From an uncultured Candidatus Saccharibacteria bacterium (GTDB lineage Bacteria; Patescibacteriota; Minisyncoccia; UBA6257; GWB1-50-10): a DNA stretch of 64,000 nt. Below are positions 1 to 10,688 of this stretch, in pieces. Under the pieces are notes generated by a model that did not search any database, was not told the origin of the DNA, and saw nothing but the letters and a program-made list of their open reading frames with translations. The position numbers and the translations under genes are program-made. The stretch is taken from NCBI GenBank assembly GCA_964449245.1, contig CAYUXY010000003.1, positions 13,222-77,221 on the forward strand. Direction: 5' to 3'. The number at the start of each line of letters is the position of its first letter. Within the stretch, counting starts at the first letter, position 1.

Positions 1-627
1 GCCGGCTTTTCCTAAAACAACAAGATTATGCTCTGAATTTGAGGATTGTCCAATTGACGCATATCCGTCCCAAAGAACTTTCCTTATTTCTCCGGATGGC
101 ATTTTAATCTGCGTGTATCCGCCATCTTGAGCAAGAATTTGCACCGAATTTCCTGCGGATCTCGCTATTTGTCCACCCTTTCCGGGCGACATTTCAATAT
201 TATAAACAAAAGAACCAACAGGAATTCTTTTAAGAATGGTCCTGTTTCCTGGTGTAAACGGAGCGCTTTCTGAATTAATTATTTTGTCTCCCGCTTTAAG
301 TCCTTGCGGAGCAAGAACGTATGCCCTTTCGCCGTCTGCATAACAAATTCTGGCTATAAACGCTGTGCGATACGGATCGTATTCAACCGCCTCAACTTTT
401 GCAGGAATTTCTTTTTTATTTTGCTTGAAATCAATAATTCTGAAAGTGTGTCTGTTTCCACCCCCCTGATGTCTTACGGTAATTCTTCCCTGATTATTTC
501 TTCCCGCATGACTCCGTAAATTTTTCGTAAGCGATTTCAACGGCTTTTTTGAGCCACTTAAAAGATTGCGATATTCAACGGCTGTATAATGTCTGCGCGA
601 TGGCGTTGTTGGTTTAAATGTTTTCAT
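1..627 (-). CDS. rplB: 50S ribosomal protein L2 (3' part runs off the window edge)
   Basis: Reverse strand reads MKTFKPTTPSRRH...GRNNQGRITVRHQGGGNRH...EYDPYRTAFIA; lies directly downstream of rplW; not in the ORF track because it is truncated. Confidence 0.95.
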   Translation of the reverse strand, partial: MKTFKPTTPSRRHYTAVEYRNLLSGSKKPLKSLTKNLRSHAGRNNQGRITVRHQGGGNRHTFRIIDFKQNKKEIPAKVEAVEYDPYRTAFIARICYADGERAYVLAPQGLKAGDKIINSESAPFTPGNRTILKRIPVGSFVYNIEMSPGKGGQIARSAGNSVQILAQDGGYTQIKMPSGEIRKVLWDGYASIGQSSNSEHNLVVLGKAG

Positions 628-634
628 AATGTAT

Positions 635-979
635 TTATGCAACGTCTATCTTGTCGCCTTTTTTTAGAGTTACAATCGCTTTTTTCACAGGCTCTTTGCG
701 TGAAATTTTATTTCTAAATCTCGTTATTTTGCCGGGATTTTTAACCGTATTTATATTTTCTATACCAACACCGTACCTGCGACGGATTTCTTCTTTTATT
801 TCATTTTTATTAGATCTCACATCAACCAAAAATACGTATTGATTATCTTTAAGAGATGCCTGCCCTTTTTCGCTTATCCATGGTTTTCTTACAACAGATT
901 TTCCCGAAGCAGAAGTTCCAACCATTTTTACGGTTTCAGTATTTTCCAATTTAGTTTTTTTATCTGTTTTTTTAGCCAT
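635..979 (-). CDS. rplW: 50S ribosomal protein L23
   Basis: PWISEK...YVFLVD..SNKNEIKE...KKAIVTL motifs; S10 operon order. Confidence 0.95.
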   Translation of the reverse strand: MAKKTDKKTKLENTETVKMVGTSASGKSVVRKPWISEKGQASLKDNQYVFLVDVRSNKNEIKEEIRRRYGVGIENINTVKNPGKITRFRNKISRKEPVKKAIVTLKKGDKIDVA

Positions 980-996
980 AATTAATAAATCTGATT

Positions 997-1611
997 TTAT
1001 TTTATGCCTTCTGCCGCTGATTTTTCGAAAACTATCACTTTATGCATTGAACAATCGTAAGCGTTTAAAGAATTCTCGGATATTACATCTACATTCGGAA
1101 TATTTCTTGCCGCGCGGTAGACTGTAGCATTTTTTGCATTTCTCACAATCAACGTCGCTGTCGGCTTATTGAAAAACGTGTTTAAAAATTTCGCCGCGTT
1201 TTTTGTTTTTACTTCCGGAAAATCTAAATTATCAACTATGAAAATTTCGCCATCTTCGCGTTTTTTTGATAACACCGAAAACAGGGCTTGTTTTTTAGCT
1301 TTCTGATTAATTTTTTTCGAATAATCCTTGTCGTTTCTCGGGCCGAATGTTATTCCGCCACCGATCCAAATAGGAGACCTGCGTGAACCGTGTCTTGCTC
1401 GTCCGGTATGTTTCTGCTTCCACGGCTTTTTTCCGCCTCCGCTAACTTCCGACCTGTCTTTTGTGTGGGCTATGGGATTTCTTTTATTGGCGAGATACGC
1501 GACTATAACATCGCGCACCATTTCCGGCTTCCATTCCGCAGCAAAAACGCCATCGGAAACTTCTGCCGTGTCTATCTTTTCTTTTAATTTGTTGAATACA
1601 TCGAGTTTCAT
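997..1611 (-). CDS. rplD: 50S ribosomal protein L4
   Basis: TKDRSEVSGGGKKPWKQKHTGRARHGS loop. Confidence 0.97.
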   Translation of the reverse strand: MKLDVFNKLKEKIDTAEVSDGVFAAEWKPEMVRDVIVAYLANKRNPIAHTKDRSEVSGGGKKPWKQKHTGRARHGSRRSPIWIGGGITFGPRNDKDYSKKINQKAKKQALFSVLSKKREDGEIFIVDNLDFPEVKTKNAAKFLNTFFNKPTATLIVRNAKNATVYRAARNIPNVDVISENSLNAYDCSMHKVIVFEKSAAEGIK

Positions 1612-1614
1612 TTT

Positions 1615-2061
1615 TTATGATAATTTTGGAATTAACTCGACACGGCTCCCTCTTCTTCCCGGAACAGCGCCTTTCAAAAATATTTCTTTCTCGGCATCGT
1701 GAATTTCCACAATGCTCATATTTCTGATAGTAACCCTGTCGTTTCCCATATTACCAGCCATCTTTTTGCCTTTTATAACCCTTTGCGGAGCTGTCGGACC
1801 AATTGATCCGGGAGCTCTTAAGCGATTTTTCTGACCGTGTGATTTTGGACCTCCGTGGAAACCATGTCTTTTTACAACTCCCTGAAAACCCTTTCCCTTA
1901 CTTGTTCCGCTTACGCGAACCTTATCTCCCGCCTTTAAATCCATCGCGGCATCTCCATTAATCGCGTAATTGAGTACAGTAACAGGAACGACTTTGTCGT
2001 CCTTCCACAATTGCATCATTTTAACCTTCTCAGCAAATATTTTATTTGTTGCTGTTTTCAT
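1615..2061 (-). CDS. rplC: 50S ribosomal protein L3 (short, 148 aa)
   Basis: GTSKGKGFQGVVKRHGF..GP.SHG...RAPGSIG and LKGAVPG motifs. Confidence 0.95.
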   Translation of the reverse strand: MKTATNKIFAEKVKMMQLWKDDKVVPVTVLNYAINGDAAMDLKAGDKVRVSGTSKGKGFQGVVKRHGFHGGPKSHGQKNRLRAPGSIGPTAPQRVIKGKKMAGNMGNDRVTIRNMSIVEIHDAEKEIFLKGAVPGRRGSRVELIPKLS

Positions 2062-2154
2062 ATTTTATGCAATAAAAATTAAAACGCAGTTACGAAAACA
2101 ACAGAGGCAAGCCCTGTTGTTTTCTAAAATCTCTTCATGGCTAAACCCGATATT

Positions 2155-2183
2155 AATTTAACTTATACACACAAAGAAGTCAA
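2155..2183 (-). promoter_or_regulatory. Putative sigma70 promoter between rpsJ and rplC
   Basis: Minus strand TTGACT-17 bp-TAAATT. Confidence 0.5.
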
Positions 2184-2190
2184 TAGTAGC

Positions 2191-2517
2191 TTATCCCATC
2201 TTCACCTCAACATCGACTCCGGCCGGAAGATTTATACCCGAGAGAGACTCAATAATCTTCTGTTCGGGATTCATAATGTCTATAAGTCGCTTATGAACCC
2301 GAATTTCGAAATGCTCTCCGGATTTTTTATGCACAAAAGTAGAGCGATTTACGGTATATCTCTTAAATTCCGTAGGCAACGGAATTGGCCCTACTATATC
2401 TCCTCCGTGGTATTGAATTGCTTCAATAATTTGTTTCACTGAAGAATCGATGAGTTTTGAATCATACGCTTTTATGCGCAGTCTAAGCCTTTCTTTTTGT
2501 TCTTCTTTTTTTGCCAT
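2191..2517 (-). CDS. rpsJ: 30S ribosomal protein S10
   Basis: LRIKAYD...GPIPLPT...RSTFVHKKSGEHFEIRVHKRLIDI. Confidence 0.97.
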   Translation of the reverse strand: MAKKEEQKERLRLRIKAYDSKLIDSSVKQIIEAIQYHGGDIVGPIPLPTEFKRYTVNRSTFVHKKSGEHFEIRVHKRLIDIMNPEQKIIESLSGINLPAGVDVEVKMG

Positions 2518-2537
2518 TTTTTATTTAATCAAACCTG

Positions 2538-3737
2538 TTATTTTGTAATTTTTACAACCGCTCCGGCTCCTACAGTCTTTCCTCCTTCGCGGATAGCGAA
2601 ACGCTGTTTTTCTTCGAGAGCAACTGGAGAAATCAGTTTGACGTTAATGTTAATAGTGTCTCCAGGCATAACCATTTCAACTCCTTCCGGAAGAATTACT
2701 TCTCCGGTAACATCCGTTGTGCCAATGTAAAATTGCGGTTTATATCCCTTGAAAAACGGCGTATGTCGTCCGCCCTCTTCTTTCGACAAAACAACAACTT
2801 CGGCTTCAAATTCGGTATGAGGAGTTACTGATCCTGGCTTTGCGAGAACTTGTCCGCGTTCTATATCTTCTTTCTTAAGTCCGCGAAGCAAAATTCCAAC
2901 GTTATCGCCAGCCTGTCCGGAATCAAGAGTTTTTTGGAACATTTCCACTCCGGTTACAACTGTTTTTTGCGTCGGACGCAATCCGATAAGCTCGACTTCG
3001 TCGTTAATCTTAACAATTCCGCGCTCTATTCTTCCTGTGCAGACCGTTCCACGGCCTTCAATTGAGAAAATATCCTCAACGGGCATAAGAAATGGCTGGT
3101 CAATCTTTCTTACCGGTTCAGGAATATAATCATCCATAGCCTTCACGAGCTCAAGAATCGGCTTTGCAGCTTCATCATCGCCTGATGCCGCTTCAAGGGC
3201 CTTTAAGGCTGAACCCTTTACGACAGGAGCATTATCTCCGTCAAAGTTATATTTCTTAAGGAGTTCGCGAACTTCTGATTCAACGAGTTCAATGAGCTCC
3301 GGATCATCAACCATATCAACCTTGTTTAAAAACACTATGATCGCCGGTACGCCAACTTGTCGCGCAAGCAAAATATGCTCTCTTGTTTGAGGCATTGGTC
3401 CGTCTGCCGCCGAAACAACAAGCACAGCTCCGTCCATCTGAGCAGCGCCGGTAATCATGTTTTTGATGTAATCGGCGTGACCAGGGGCATCGATGTGGGC
3501 ATAATGACGCTTTTCTGATTCGTATTCGGAGTGATGCAAAGCTATAGTGATTCCGCGAACTCTCTCTTCCGGAGCGTTATCAATAACTGCGACTCCTTCT
3601 TCTTTCTTAGCAAGACCTTTCATATGAAGGACGTGAGTGATGGCCGCGGTAAGCGTAGTCTTTCCGTGGTCTACGTGTCCTATTGTTCCAATATTTACGT
3701 GCGGTTTGGAACGCTCAAACTTTTCTTTTTCTGCCAT
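2538..3737 (-). CDS. tuf: Elongation factor Tu
   Basis: [21 protein letters not shown] and C-terminal [10 protein letters not shown]. Confidence 0.99.
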   Translation of the reverse strand: MAEKEKFERSKPHVNIGTIGHVDHGKTTLTAAITHVLHMKGLAKKEEGVAVIDNAPEERVRGITIALHHSEYESEKRHYAHIDAPGHADYIKNMITGAAQMDGAVLVVSAADGPMPQTREHILLARQVGVPAIIVFLNKVDMVDDPELIELVESEVRELLKKYNFDGDNAPVVKGSALKALEAASGDDEAAKPILELVKAMDDYIPEPVRKIDQPFLMPVEDIFSIEGRGTVCTGRIERGIVKINDEVELIGLRPTQKTVVTGVEMFQKTLDSGQAGDNVGILLRGLKKEDIERGQVLAKPGSVTPHTEFEAEVVVLSKEEGGRHTPFFKGYKPQFYIGTTDVTGEVILPEGVEMVMPGDTININVKLISPVALEEKQRFAIREGGKTVGAGAVVKITK

Positions 3738-3860
3738 AATTTTTTTTATTTTTTACACACAGTTTTTCGACCTATTTTAGTTTATAAATAGTGCTTTTCA
3801 TTTTCAAGCATATTATCAACAATGTCAACCCCAAAAACGCATACGCGTAAGATTAACACA

Positions 3861-5690
3861 TTATTTCTTTAAAAGCTCCTTGAAAACGTTTGGGGATATT
3901 GAGGCCTCCGATCTTTCCTTTAATCGTTTCTTACCTCTCTCCTGTTTTTTCCAGAGCTTCATTTTTCTTGTTCTGTCTCCGCCATTTTTTCCAAAATTTC
4001 CAAGCTCTTTTTTTATCGCCGAAATATCCGCTCTCGCAATAATACGTCCACTTGCACTTGCTTGTACAGGTTGCGCATATTGTTGTTTTGGCAATAAATC
4101 CTTAAGTTTATCGACTATTTTTCTTGCTTCGCGTTCAAGAGTGTCTTTTGGCAAAAAACGCGACAATCCCGGAATTTGTCCGCCGGAAACAAGTATGTCT
4201 ACCCTTTGAATATCCGCCGTTTCATATCCGATCATTTCATAACTGAACGATGCATATCCCTCGCTTACGGACTTTAAACAATCGTCAAAGTCGCTTATCA
4301 GCTCCGCGAGTGGCATTTTAGCCGAAATCCTTATGCGTTCCCCTATTGTTTCCGTGCAAACATCCGACATTCTGAATTTTTGCTGTAGAGAAAGCACGCT
4401 CGAAAGATACTTGCGCGGGAACATAATATTTAACGATATTATAGGCTCTTTTATTTCTATGTATTCGTCCGGCATTTCTTCCGGTTTTACGATGGACGTT
4501 TCGCCGTTTTTAGTTTTGATGACGTATTTTACAGACGGAAATGTATTTATAACGTCTATTTTATACTCCTTTTTTAACCTTTCAGTAGTAATTTCGAAAT
4601 GCAACCTTCCTAAACACCCGACCTTATATCCTCTTCCCAAAATTTCATTCTGATCGGGCTCAATGGTCAACGATGAATCATTTAATTTCAGTTTTTGAAG
4701 ATCGTGTCTAAGCGTATCGTATTCGCTCGGATCTTCCGGATAAAACGAAACGAATATGACCGGTTTTGGCTGTTCATATCCCTTTAACGCCTCTTCCGCC
4801 ATTTCGCTTTTTGTGTGCCCGACTCCGCTTATCGCAATGACAGTATCCCCAATCTTTATTTTTTCCGTATCTTTTATTCCGGTAGCGATATACCCAATCT
4901 CGCCTTCTCTTAATTCCTGCTTTGCCTTCATTTCTGGGAAAAATTTTCCAATTTCTTTTATTTTTGTCCTAGTTTCAGTTGCGACAAGATATACGTCATC
5001 GGTATGTTTAAAAATACCGTTGCATACGCGAATAGATGCCACCGCGCCCTTGTGATTGTCATAAAAAGAGTCAAAAACCAGCGCTCTACCGCTAAGCGAA
5101 GATTTCTCTTTTTCTTTCGGAGGAGGAATTTTTGCAACGATAGTTTCAAGGAGTTCTTTCACGCCACTCCCTGTTTTTCCGGACACTTCAAGTATTTCAT
5201 TTTTCTCCACACCTATAAGTTTCGAGAGCTCGAGCTTCATTTCATCTACCTCATAAAAATTCAACCCGCTCAACATATCAATTTTGTTTAATGCGCCTAT
5301 GAGCACAAGCCCCGCCTTTTTTGCGGATTCAAGATTTGCGAGGGTTTGCGCCTGTATTCCTTGAGTTACGTCGACGAGCAATACCGCCCCTTCTACGGCT
5401 TCGAGTGAGCGCGAAACTTCGTATGCAAAATCACTGTGACCCGGAGTGTCTATAAGATGCAAAAGATATTCATTCCCATCCGAGGATGTAAAACTCATGG
5501 TAACCGGAGTCATTTTTATAGTGATGCCTCGCTCTCTCTCCAAATCAAGCTGATCCAAATATTGAGACTTCATCTTTCTTTCTTCTATCGTATGCGTCTG
5601 CTCCAATAAACGGTCTGCGAGCGTTGATTTTCCATGATCCACATGGGCGATAATAACAAAATTTCTTATTTTATTTTTTTCCATCTTCAA
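3861..5690 (-). CDS. lepA: Elongation factor 4 (LepA)
   Basis: IRNFVIIAHVDHGKSTLADR, DTPGH and C-terminal GGDRTRKMKL. Confidence 0.96.
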   Translation of the reverse strand: MKMEKNKIRNFVIIAHVDHGKSTLADRLLEQTHTIEERKMKSQYLDQLDLERERGITIKMTPVTMSFTSSDGNEYLLHLIDTPGHSDFAYEVSRSLEAVEGAVLLVDVTQGIQAQTLANLESAKKAGLVLIGALNKIDMLSGLNFYEVDEMKLELSKLIGVEKNEILEVSGKTGSGVKELLETIVAKIPPPKEKEKSSLSGRALVFDSFYDNHKGAVASIRVCNGIFKHTDDVYLVATETRTKIKEIGKFFPEMKAKQELREGEIGYIATGIKDTEKIKIGDTVIAISGVGHTKSEMAEEALKGYEQPKPVIFVSFYPEDPSEYDTLRHDLQKLKLNDSSLTIEPDQNEILGRGYKVGCLGRLHFEITTERLKKEYKIDVINTFPSVKYVIKTKNGETSIVKPEEMPDEYIEIKEPIISLNIMFPRKYLSSVLSLQQKFRMSDVCTETIGERIRISAKMPLAELISDFDDCLKSVSEGYASFSYEMIGYETADIQRVDILVSGGQIPGLSRFLPKDTLEREARKIVDKLKDLLPKQQYAQPVQASASGRIIARADISAIKKELGNFGKNGGDRTRKMKLWKKQERGKKRLKERSEASISPNVFKELLKK

Positions 5691-5694
5691 AAAT

Positions 5695-7791
5695 TTATTT
5701 TGACAGCGTAAGCGTTAAAACCTTCTTCAGAGCAGGCGCATCCGATTCAAACGTGAAAAACGGACTTTGCGCCTCTTCCCATATATATCCGAGTGGCGCG
5801 CTTATTACAACTTTCAGCTTGGACGCGACTCCCGATTGTGGCTCGAAAATAAATGTGAATATTTTTCCTTTTTCAACGAATGTCTTGTCTGTTGCGGGAG
5901 TCTGGTACCTGACTGACAAAGTTTTCTTATTCCCTGCCGGTACATTAAACCACGTTGCAAAAACAGACTTTCCGAAAGCCTCAAACGACCACGCATTGTA
6001 TCCGCTCAATAATATTCTTGTCTTTTCGATGATTGCAAGGTCAGGATAAACTTCGTATCCCTCTCCGTCATAATCGAATCTTGAGACGAGATTTTTTACG
6101 CTATTTCCTTGCATAGACACGAGGCTTGAACCGGGAGTTGTGTATATCTGTATAAAATTTTTATTTGTTACACGCCACCACGCATCTTTTTCTTTGTCCC
6201 CGTTGTGTTCTCTTTCTATAGACACGTCGCTAAAAATATTACCATCGGAGTCAATGTCTATGCGCGCATCTATCGACTGGGCAATAAACGCATCTGTTTT
6301 GCCTCCTGCAATATTTGCATTTACCACAGCCAAATAACTTCCCCAAAAATTATTGGGCAGAGACGATACACTGCCATCCGCTTCTGATGATGCGAGAAAC
6401 CCGCTAATTTTCTTGTCTTTTGCATACACCATTACATCTTTTTCTGAAAAATGCTCTGACACTTTTGACATTAACTCCTCCGACTGTTCCTTAGACAAAG
6501 CGCCTATTCTCTCCAAAATGATTGGAGCTAAAACTTTGAGTATCCGTTTAGGCTCGCCGGCTTTTTTATCTTCTCCGGCCTCTACTTCCCGTTGTACTTC
6601 GAATAAAAAGTTGCCTTCGTCTATCGTCACTCCGTAATCAGGAAGAGTAACCGGCCCAATAACCGACAGTACGCTCTCAATTACATTAATATTTAGTCCG
6701 ATAACCCCATCGAAAGTAATTCCTTTTTCGCTGTACATTTTTGAATTTTCAAGAAAAAACAGAATAGTTCTCGCTGATGCGGGAAAATCAAAAAACCAAT
6801 TCGCGTCTCTTGCTCCCCAATCCGTACTCATTGTTTTTATTTCTTGCGGAGGAACGATTTTCATATCAAGCTGTCCATCCGGATCATAAATATCGCGTAC
6901 ATCTATAGAATTAAGCCCCCCGTTTTTTATTGTTACGTCAGCATAACTTCCTACAAATCCCCCGCCCGGTCTTATTTCTGCCGTATTTTGAAACAAAACC
7001 AAAATATGTTTTTCATTTTCCGAATCTAAAACAGAAAGAATCCCTTCAAAAAAATCATCGATTTGATGCATATCCTTGCTATACGTAATATATCCTTCGC
7101 TTGCCATAATTTCATATTTATCGAAAAATCCGGCCATTTTTTTCAATTCCGCAAAATTATTTCTTATAAGTTCCATTCTTTCCGCTATACTGTTTATTTC
7201 AGACCTTACCGCGGATATGTTCTCTATAAATTTGTTTCCGTCGCTTTGAAAATCCTTCAATCCCGAAGATTGAACGTCTATCAAATTTCTCGTAAACGAA
7301 AGCATATCCGAATTTAATCCGTTTATCCCGTCAAAAATTTCTCCGATATTTTTAAATTGTGGCACAACCGCCCCAAGAGATTTTAGGACAACATCGCCGT
7401 AGCTTTTTTTAACTGTATTGTTAATGGAGGCAAGATGCGTTTCGTTTTTCGCGAGAAAATTTTCTGCGTCATAAAAACGAAATTCTTTTAATGCTTGGAC
7501 CGAGGAAGAAAAATTCTCCATTATTTCGCCTGTCTTTTCGGATAAAACTATCTTTAATTCTCCAGCATTCACTATTATCGTTATTGTCCAAAAAAGAAGA
7601 AGTGAACAAATAACAAATATAGCGCCAATAAAAAATCTGCAAACTTTGCCTTTTTTGTTTTTGGGTGCTTGCGGAACACGCGTTAAATTAACCGTTTTAA
7701 ACTCGTTAGTCCGACTATAGTTATAATTTGGTTTTTTTACGTCAACGAGAATCGGATCTATATTCTTTTTTGGAACGCGTTTTTTGGACAT
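5695..7791 (-). CDS. Membrane-anchored DUF4012-family protein
   Basis: N-terminal TM helix; LVLFQNTAEIRPGGGFVGSY, RDANWFFDFP and NANIAGGKTD motifs; sits next to glycosyltransferases. Confidence 0.8.
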   Translation of the reverse strand: MSKKRVPKKNIDPILVDVKKPNYNYSRTNEFKTVNLTRVPQAPKNKKGKVCRFFIGAIFVICSLLLFWTITIIVNAGELKIVLSEKTGEIMENFSSSVQALKEFRFYDAENFLAKNETHLASINNTVKKSYGDVVLKSLGAVVPQFKNIGEIFDGINGLNSDMLSFTRNLIDVQSSGLKDFQSDGNKFIENISAVRSEINSIAERMELIRNNFAELKKMAGFFDKYEIMASEGYITYSKDMHQIDDFFEGILSVLDSENEKHILVLFQNTAEIRPGGGFVGSYADVTIKNGGLNSIDVRDIYDPDGQLDMKIVPPQEIKTMSTDWGARDANWFFDFPASARTILFFLENSKMYSEKGITFDGVIGLNINVIESVLSVIGPVTLPDYGVTIDEGNFLFEVQREVEAGEDKKAGEPKRILKVLAPIILERIGALSKEQSEELMSKVSEHFSEKDVMVYAKDKKISGFLASSEADGSVSSLPNNFWGSYLAVVNANIAGGKTDAFIAQSIDARIDIDSDGNIFSDVSIEREHNGDKEKDAWWRVTNKNFIQIYTTPGSSLVSMQGNSVKNLVSRFDYDGEGYEVYPDLAIIEKTRILLSGYNAWSFEAFGKSVFATWFNVPAGNKKTLSVRYQTPATDKTFVEKGKIFTFIFEPQSGVASKLKVVISAPLGYIWEEAQSPFFTFESDAPALKKVLTLTLSK

Positions 7792-7808
7792 TTTTACTTT
7801 TTATAAAC

Positions 7809-8942
7809 TTATATATTATGAATTATCTCTAAAACTTCTTTAGCCGAATTTTTCCAAGAAAATTTTACCACGTTTTCTTTTCCTTCTTTTATCAGCCTTT
7901 TTCGCATATCACTGTCAGTTAAAATTCGCTCCACGGCGGAAGCAAATCCCGCTACATCTTCCGGATTCAACAAAATTGCCGAATTCTCTAAGGTTTCCTG
8001 AAGAGCTCCGGCGTTAGACGATATTACAGGCAAACCGCTCGCTTGAGCTTCAAGCGGAGGCATTCCAAAACCCTCGAGAAAAGACGGATATAGAAAAAGA
8101 GTTGCGGAATGATATAAATTACGCAAATCAGGAAAGGACGCGAATCCCCAAAATTTTATATCTTTTGCATATTTTGATTTTTCCGCAAACTTGAGAATGG
8201 GTCCGGATGATTTTCCACAAGATCCGGCCAATATAAGACTTAAGTCGCTAAATCTTTCTTTTAGTATTTCAAATATTTTTATTGCTCCGATTATGTTCTT
8301 GCGAGGCTCTATAGTGCCCACAAAAAGCAAAAACGGGCTCTGAATTCCATATTGAGCCTTAAATTTTGCTATTTCCAAGTCTTCCACAGATTCCGAAAAA
8401 AACGGATTGATTCCGGGATAAACGACCGATATTTTTTCCGGAAATATTCCATATCTATCAACAATATCTTTTTTCGTCGCCTCGGATACAGCAATAATTT
8501 TCTCAGCTCTTTTTGCTTGTCCTTTGGGGTCAACTATCCAATGCCACAATAAATTTTTCTTTGAAAAAAGATTGGGCATTGTTTCGAAAGAAAGGTCGTG
8601 TATAACAACAATTTCTTTATTATTTTTACTTTTTCCGAGAGGATGAAAATGTGGCCTGAAAACGACATCAAAGGGCGACAATTTACCGAAATTCGAAAAC
8701 CCTCCGAAACGCGATGAGAGTTCCATTATTCTGTTTGGAATGCGCCAATTGATAACATTCCCTATTTTTTCCACATCATCCGGAATTTTATTTTTTTTAA
8801 AAGAATTTAAAAATATAGAAAACTCATCGTTAGTATTTAAAGACGCCATATTTATAAGCAATAAACGCGTATATTCCGGAATTCCTGAAATACCGGCCAA
8901 CATTCCGCGCGCATCATAAAGTATTTTAGTTTTCTTTTGCAT
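7809..8942 (-). CDS. Glycosyltransferase family 4
   Basis: GTIEPRKN and EGFGMPPLEA (EX7E) motifs. Confidence 0.92.
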   Translation of the reverse strand: MQKKTKILYDARGMLAGISGIPEYTRLLLINMASLNTNDEFSIFLNSFKKNKIPDDVEKIGNVINWRIPNRIMELSSRFGGFSNFGKLSPFDVVFRPHFHPLGKSKNNKEIVVIHDLSFETMPNLFSKKNLLWHWIVDPKGQAKRAEKIIAVSEATKKDIVDRYGIFPEKISVVYPGINPFFSESVEDLEIAKFKAQYGIQSPFLLFVGTIEPRKNIIGAIKIFEILKERFSDLSLILAGSCGKSSGPILKFAEKSKYAKDIKFWGFASFPDLRNLYHSATLFLYPSFLEGFGMPPLEAQASGLPVISSNAGALQETLENSAILLNPEDVAGFASAVERILTDSDMRKRLIKEGKENVVKFSWKNSAKEVLEIIHNI

Positions 8943-10040
8943 TTATATATTTGAAAAACCAATCTGTTTTATTTCTCTTAAAAATTCTCTTTTGAATCTT
9001 TCTTCCGAAAATCTTGCCGAAATATCGCTTATTTCTCTGCGATTGAATTTTTTTGATTCGAATTCTTTTACGCCGGCAATAATTGACTCGGGCGATTGTT
9101 CGCGGAAAAATATTCCGGTTTTACCTCCGATGACTATTTCACTGCCCCCTCCGATAAAAAACGATAAGACCGGCAATCCACACATCTGCGCTTCAGCAGC
9201 CACCAAACCAAAATCTTCAACTTGAGGAAACAAGAGAGCCTTTGCGGAATTGTAATATGCTCTTAAATCATCGTCGCTTACGCTGTTAATAAATTTTATA
9301 TATGAAGGATTCGCGATAGATTTCAGTTTTTTTTCTTCTGGCCCTCTGCCTATTATTATCAGCTTTTTTTTCATTCGATTAAACGCCTCTATACCCAAAT
9401 CAAAACCTTTAAAATAGAGCAATCTCCCGACCATTAAGTAAAAGTCTTCCTGTTTTCTTTCTTCAAAATGAAATATTTTTTCGTCAACGGGAGGATATAT
9501 TACATTCGCATCGCGTCCATAACAAAAACGCACTTTTTTTGCAATGAATTCCGAGTTTGCTATGAAAAGATTTACTTTTTTCGAGGCTCTCTTATCCCAC
9601 GATTTTAACATCTCGGCTATAGGCCTCAGCACACCGGTTCCCATAGGACGCGGAGAAAAAGACAGATTTTTTAAGTAATCTATTTCCCACGCGTATCTAA
9701 GCGGAGAATGACAATATGAAATATGATACGGCGCGTTTACTCCTATACCTTTTCCATATCCTGCCGTTGATGAAACAATCAAATCATATCTTTTTCCGGA
9801 GCCAAGCATTCCCGCTGCGATTGGCATAAAAGGAATAAAAGCGCGATGTCTCCTGCGTATAAATGGAATATCAAGAAAGCTCGTTTTTATATTGCGACCT
9901 TCAAAAATGCCGTTAGTTCTTTCTTTATCATAAAGAAGCGTGTATACATCAGCATCAGGAAAAATATCCAAAATTGTCTTTAACACTCTTTCAGCTCCTC
10001 CGAGCTGATTCAGATAGTCGTGAAGTACCGCTATACGCAT
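8943..10040 (-). CDS. Glycosyltransferase family 4
   Basis: HDYLNQLGGAERV and EDFGLVAAEA motifs; start at 10040 (MRIAV) lies 6 nt after TATAAT. Confidence 0.92.
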   Translation of the reverse strand: MRIAVLHDYLNQLGGAERVLKTILDIFPDADVYTLLYDKERTNGIFEGRNIKTSFLDIPFIRRRHRAFIPFMPIAAGMLGSGKRYDLIVSSTAGYGKGIGVNAPYHISYCHSPLRYAWEIDYLKNLSFSPRPMGTGVLRPIAEMLKSWDKRASKKVNLFIANSEFIAKKVRFCYGRDANVIYPPVDEKIFHFEERKQEDFYLMVGRLLYFKGFDLGIEAFNRMKKKLIIIGRGPEEKKLKSIANPSYIKFINSVSDDDLRAYYNSAKALLFPQVEDFGLVAAEAQMCGLPVLSFFIGGGSEIVIGGKTGIFFREQSPESIIAGVKEFESKKFNRREISDISARFSEERFKREFLREIKQIGFSNI

Positions 10041-10076
10041 ACACAAATTATACCCGTTTTCCGCAAGGATAGAAAT

Positions 10077-10679
10077 TTATTGTCCCGTGGAATCGAAAAA
10101 AAATATAAATGCGGTTTTGATTATTATTTTTACATCGGAAAAAAACGAGATGTGATTCAAATAATACGCGTCTAATTCGAGTTCCGTCTGAAAAGGCAAG
10201 AGAGACGCTCCGCTAACTTGCGAAAGTCCGGTAAGCCCTGCGCGCGCGTTTGCTATAAATTTGAATCCGTTCGGATATTTATTAATTTCCGATTCCTCGT
10301 GCGGTCGCGGACCGACTATGGACAATTTTCCGGATAACACATTAAAAGCCTGCGGAAATTCATCAATTCTGAATTTACGCAATAATTTGCCGGTTTTCGT
10401 GATTCTTGGATCATTTTTTATTTTAAATAATGGTCCATCTTTTCTTTCGTTTAATGCAAATAAATCAGCTTTACATTTGTCGGCATTTTTAATCATTGTC
10501 CTGAATTTCCAGACTTTTATTATTTTCCCCTCGCTAACTCTCGGTAATTTTACAAATATAGGAAAACCGTCTTCGAGCATTATGAATAATGCCGCAAAAG
10601 GAAAAAAAATCGCTGTTAGCACAGCTCCAAAAGCCCCGACTGCGATGTCCATCAATCTTTTCCAAAGCGGATACCCCAT
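10077..10679 (-). CDS. Bacterial sugar transferase (priming phosphoglycosyl transferase)
   Basis: KRLMDI, KFRTM, DPRITKTG..LRK..IDEFPQ, SIVGPRP and GLTGLSQV motifs. Confidence 0.93.
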   Translation of the reverse strand: MGYPLWKRLMDIAVGAFGAVLTAIFFPFAALFIMLEDGFPIFVKLPRVSEGKIIKVWKFRTMIKNADKCKADLFALNERKDGPLFKIKNDPRITKTGKLLRKFRIDEFPQAFNVLSGKLSIVGPRPHEESEINKYPNGFKFIANARAGLTGLSQVSGASLLPFQTELELDAYYLNHISFFSDVKIIIKTAFIFFFDSTGQ

Positions 10680-10688
10680 AATAGATGA

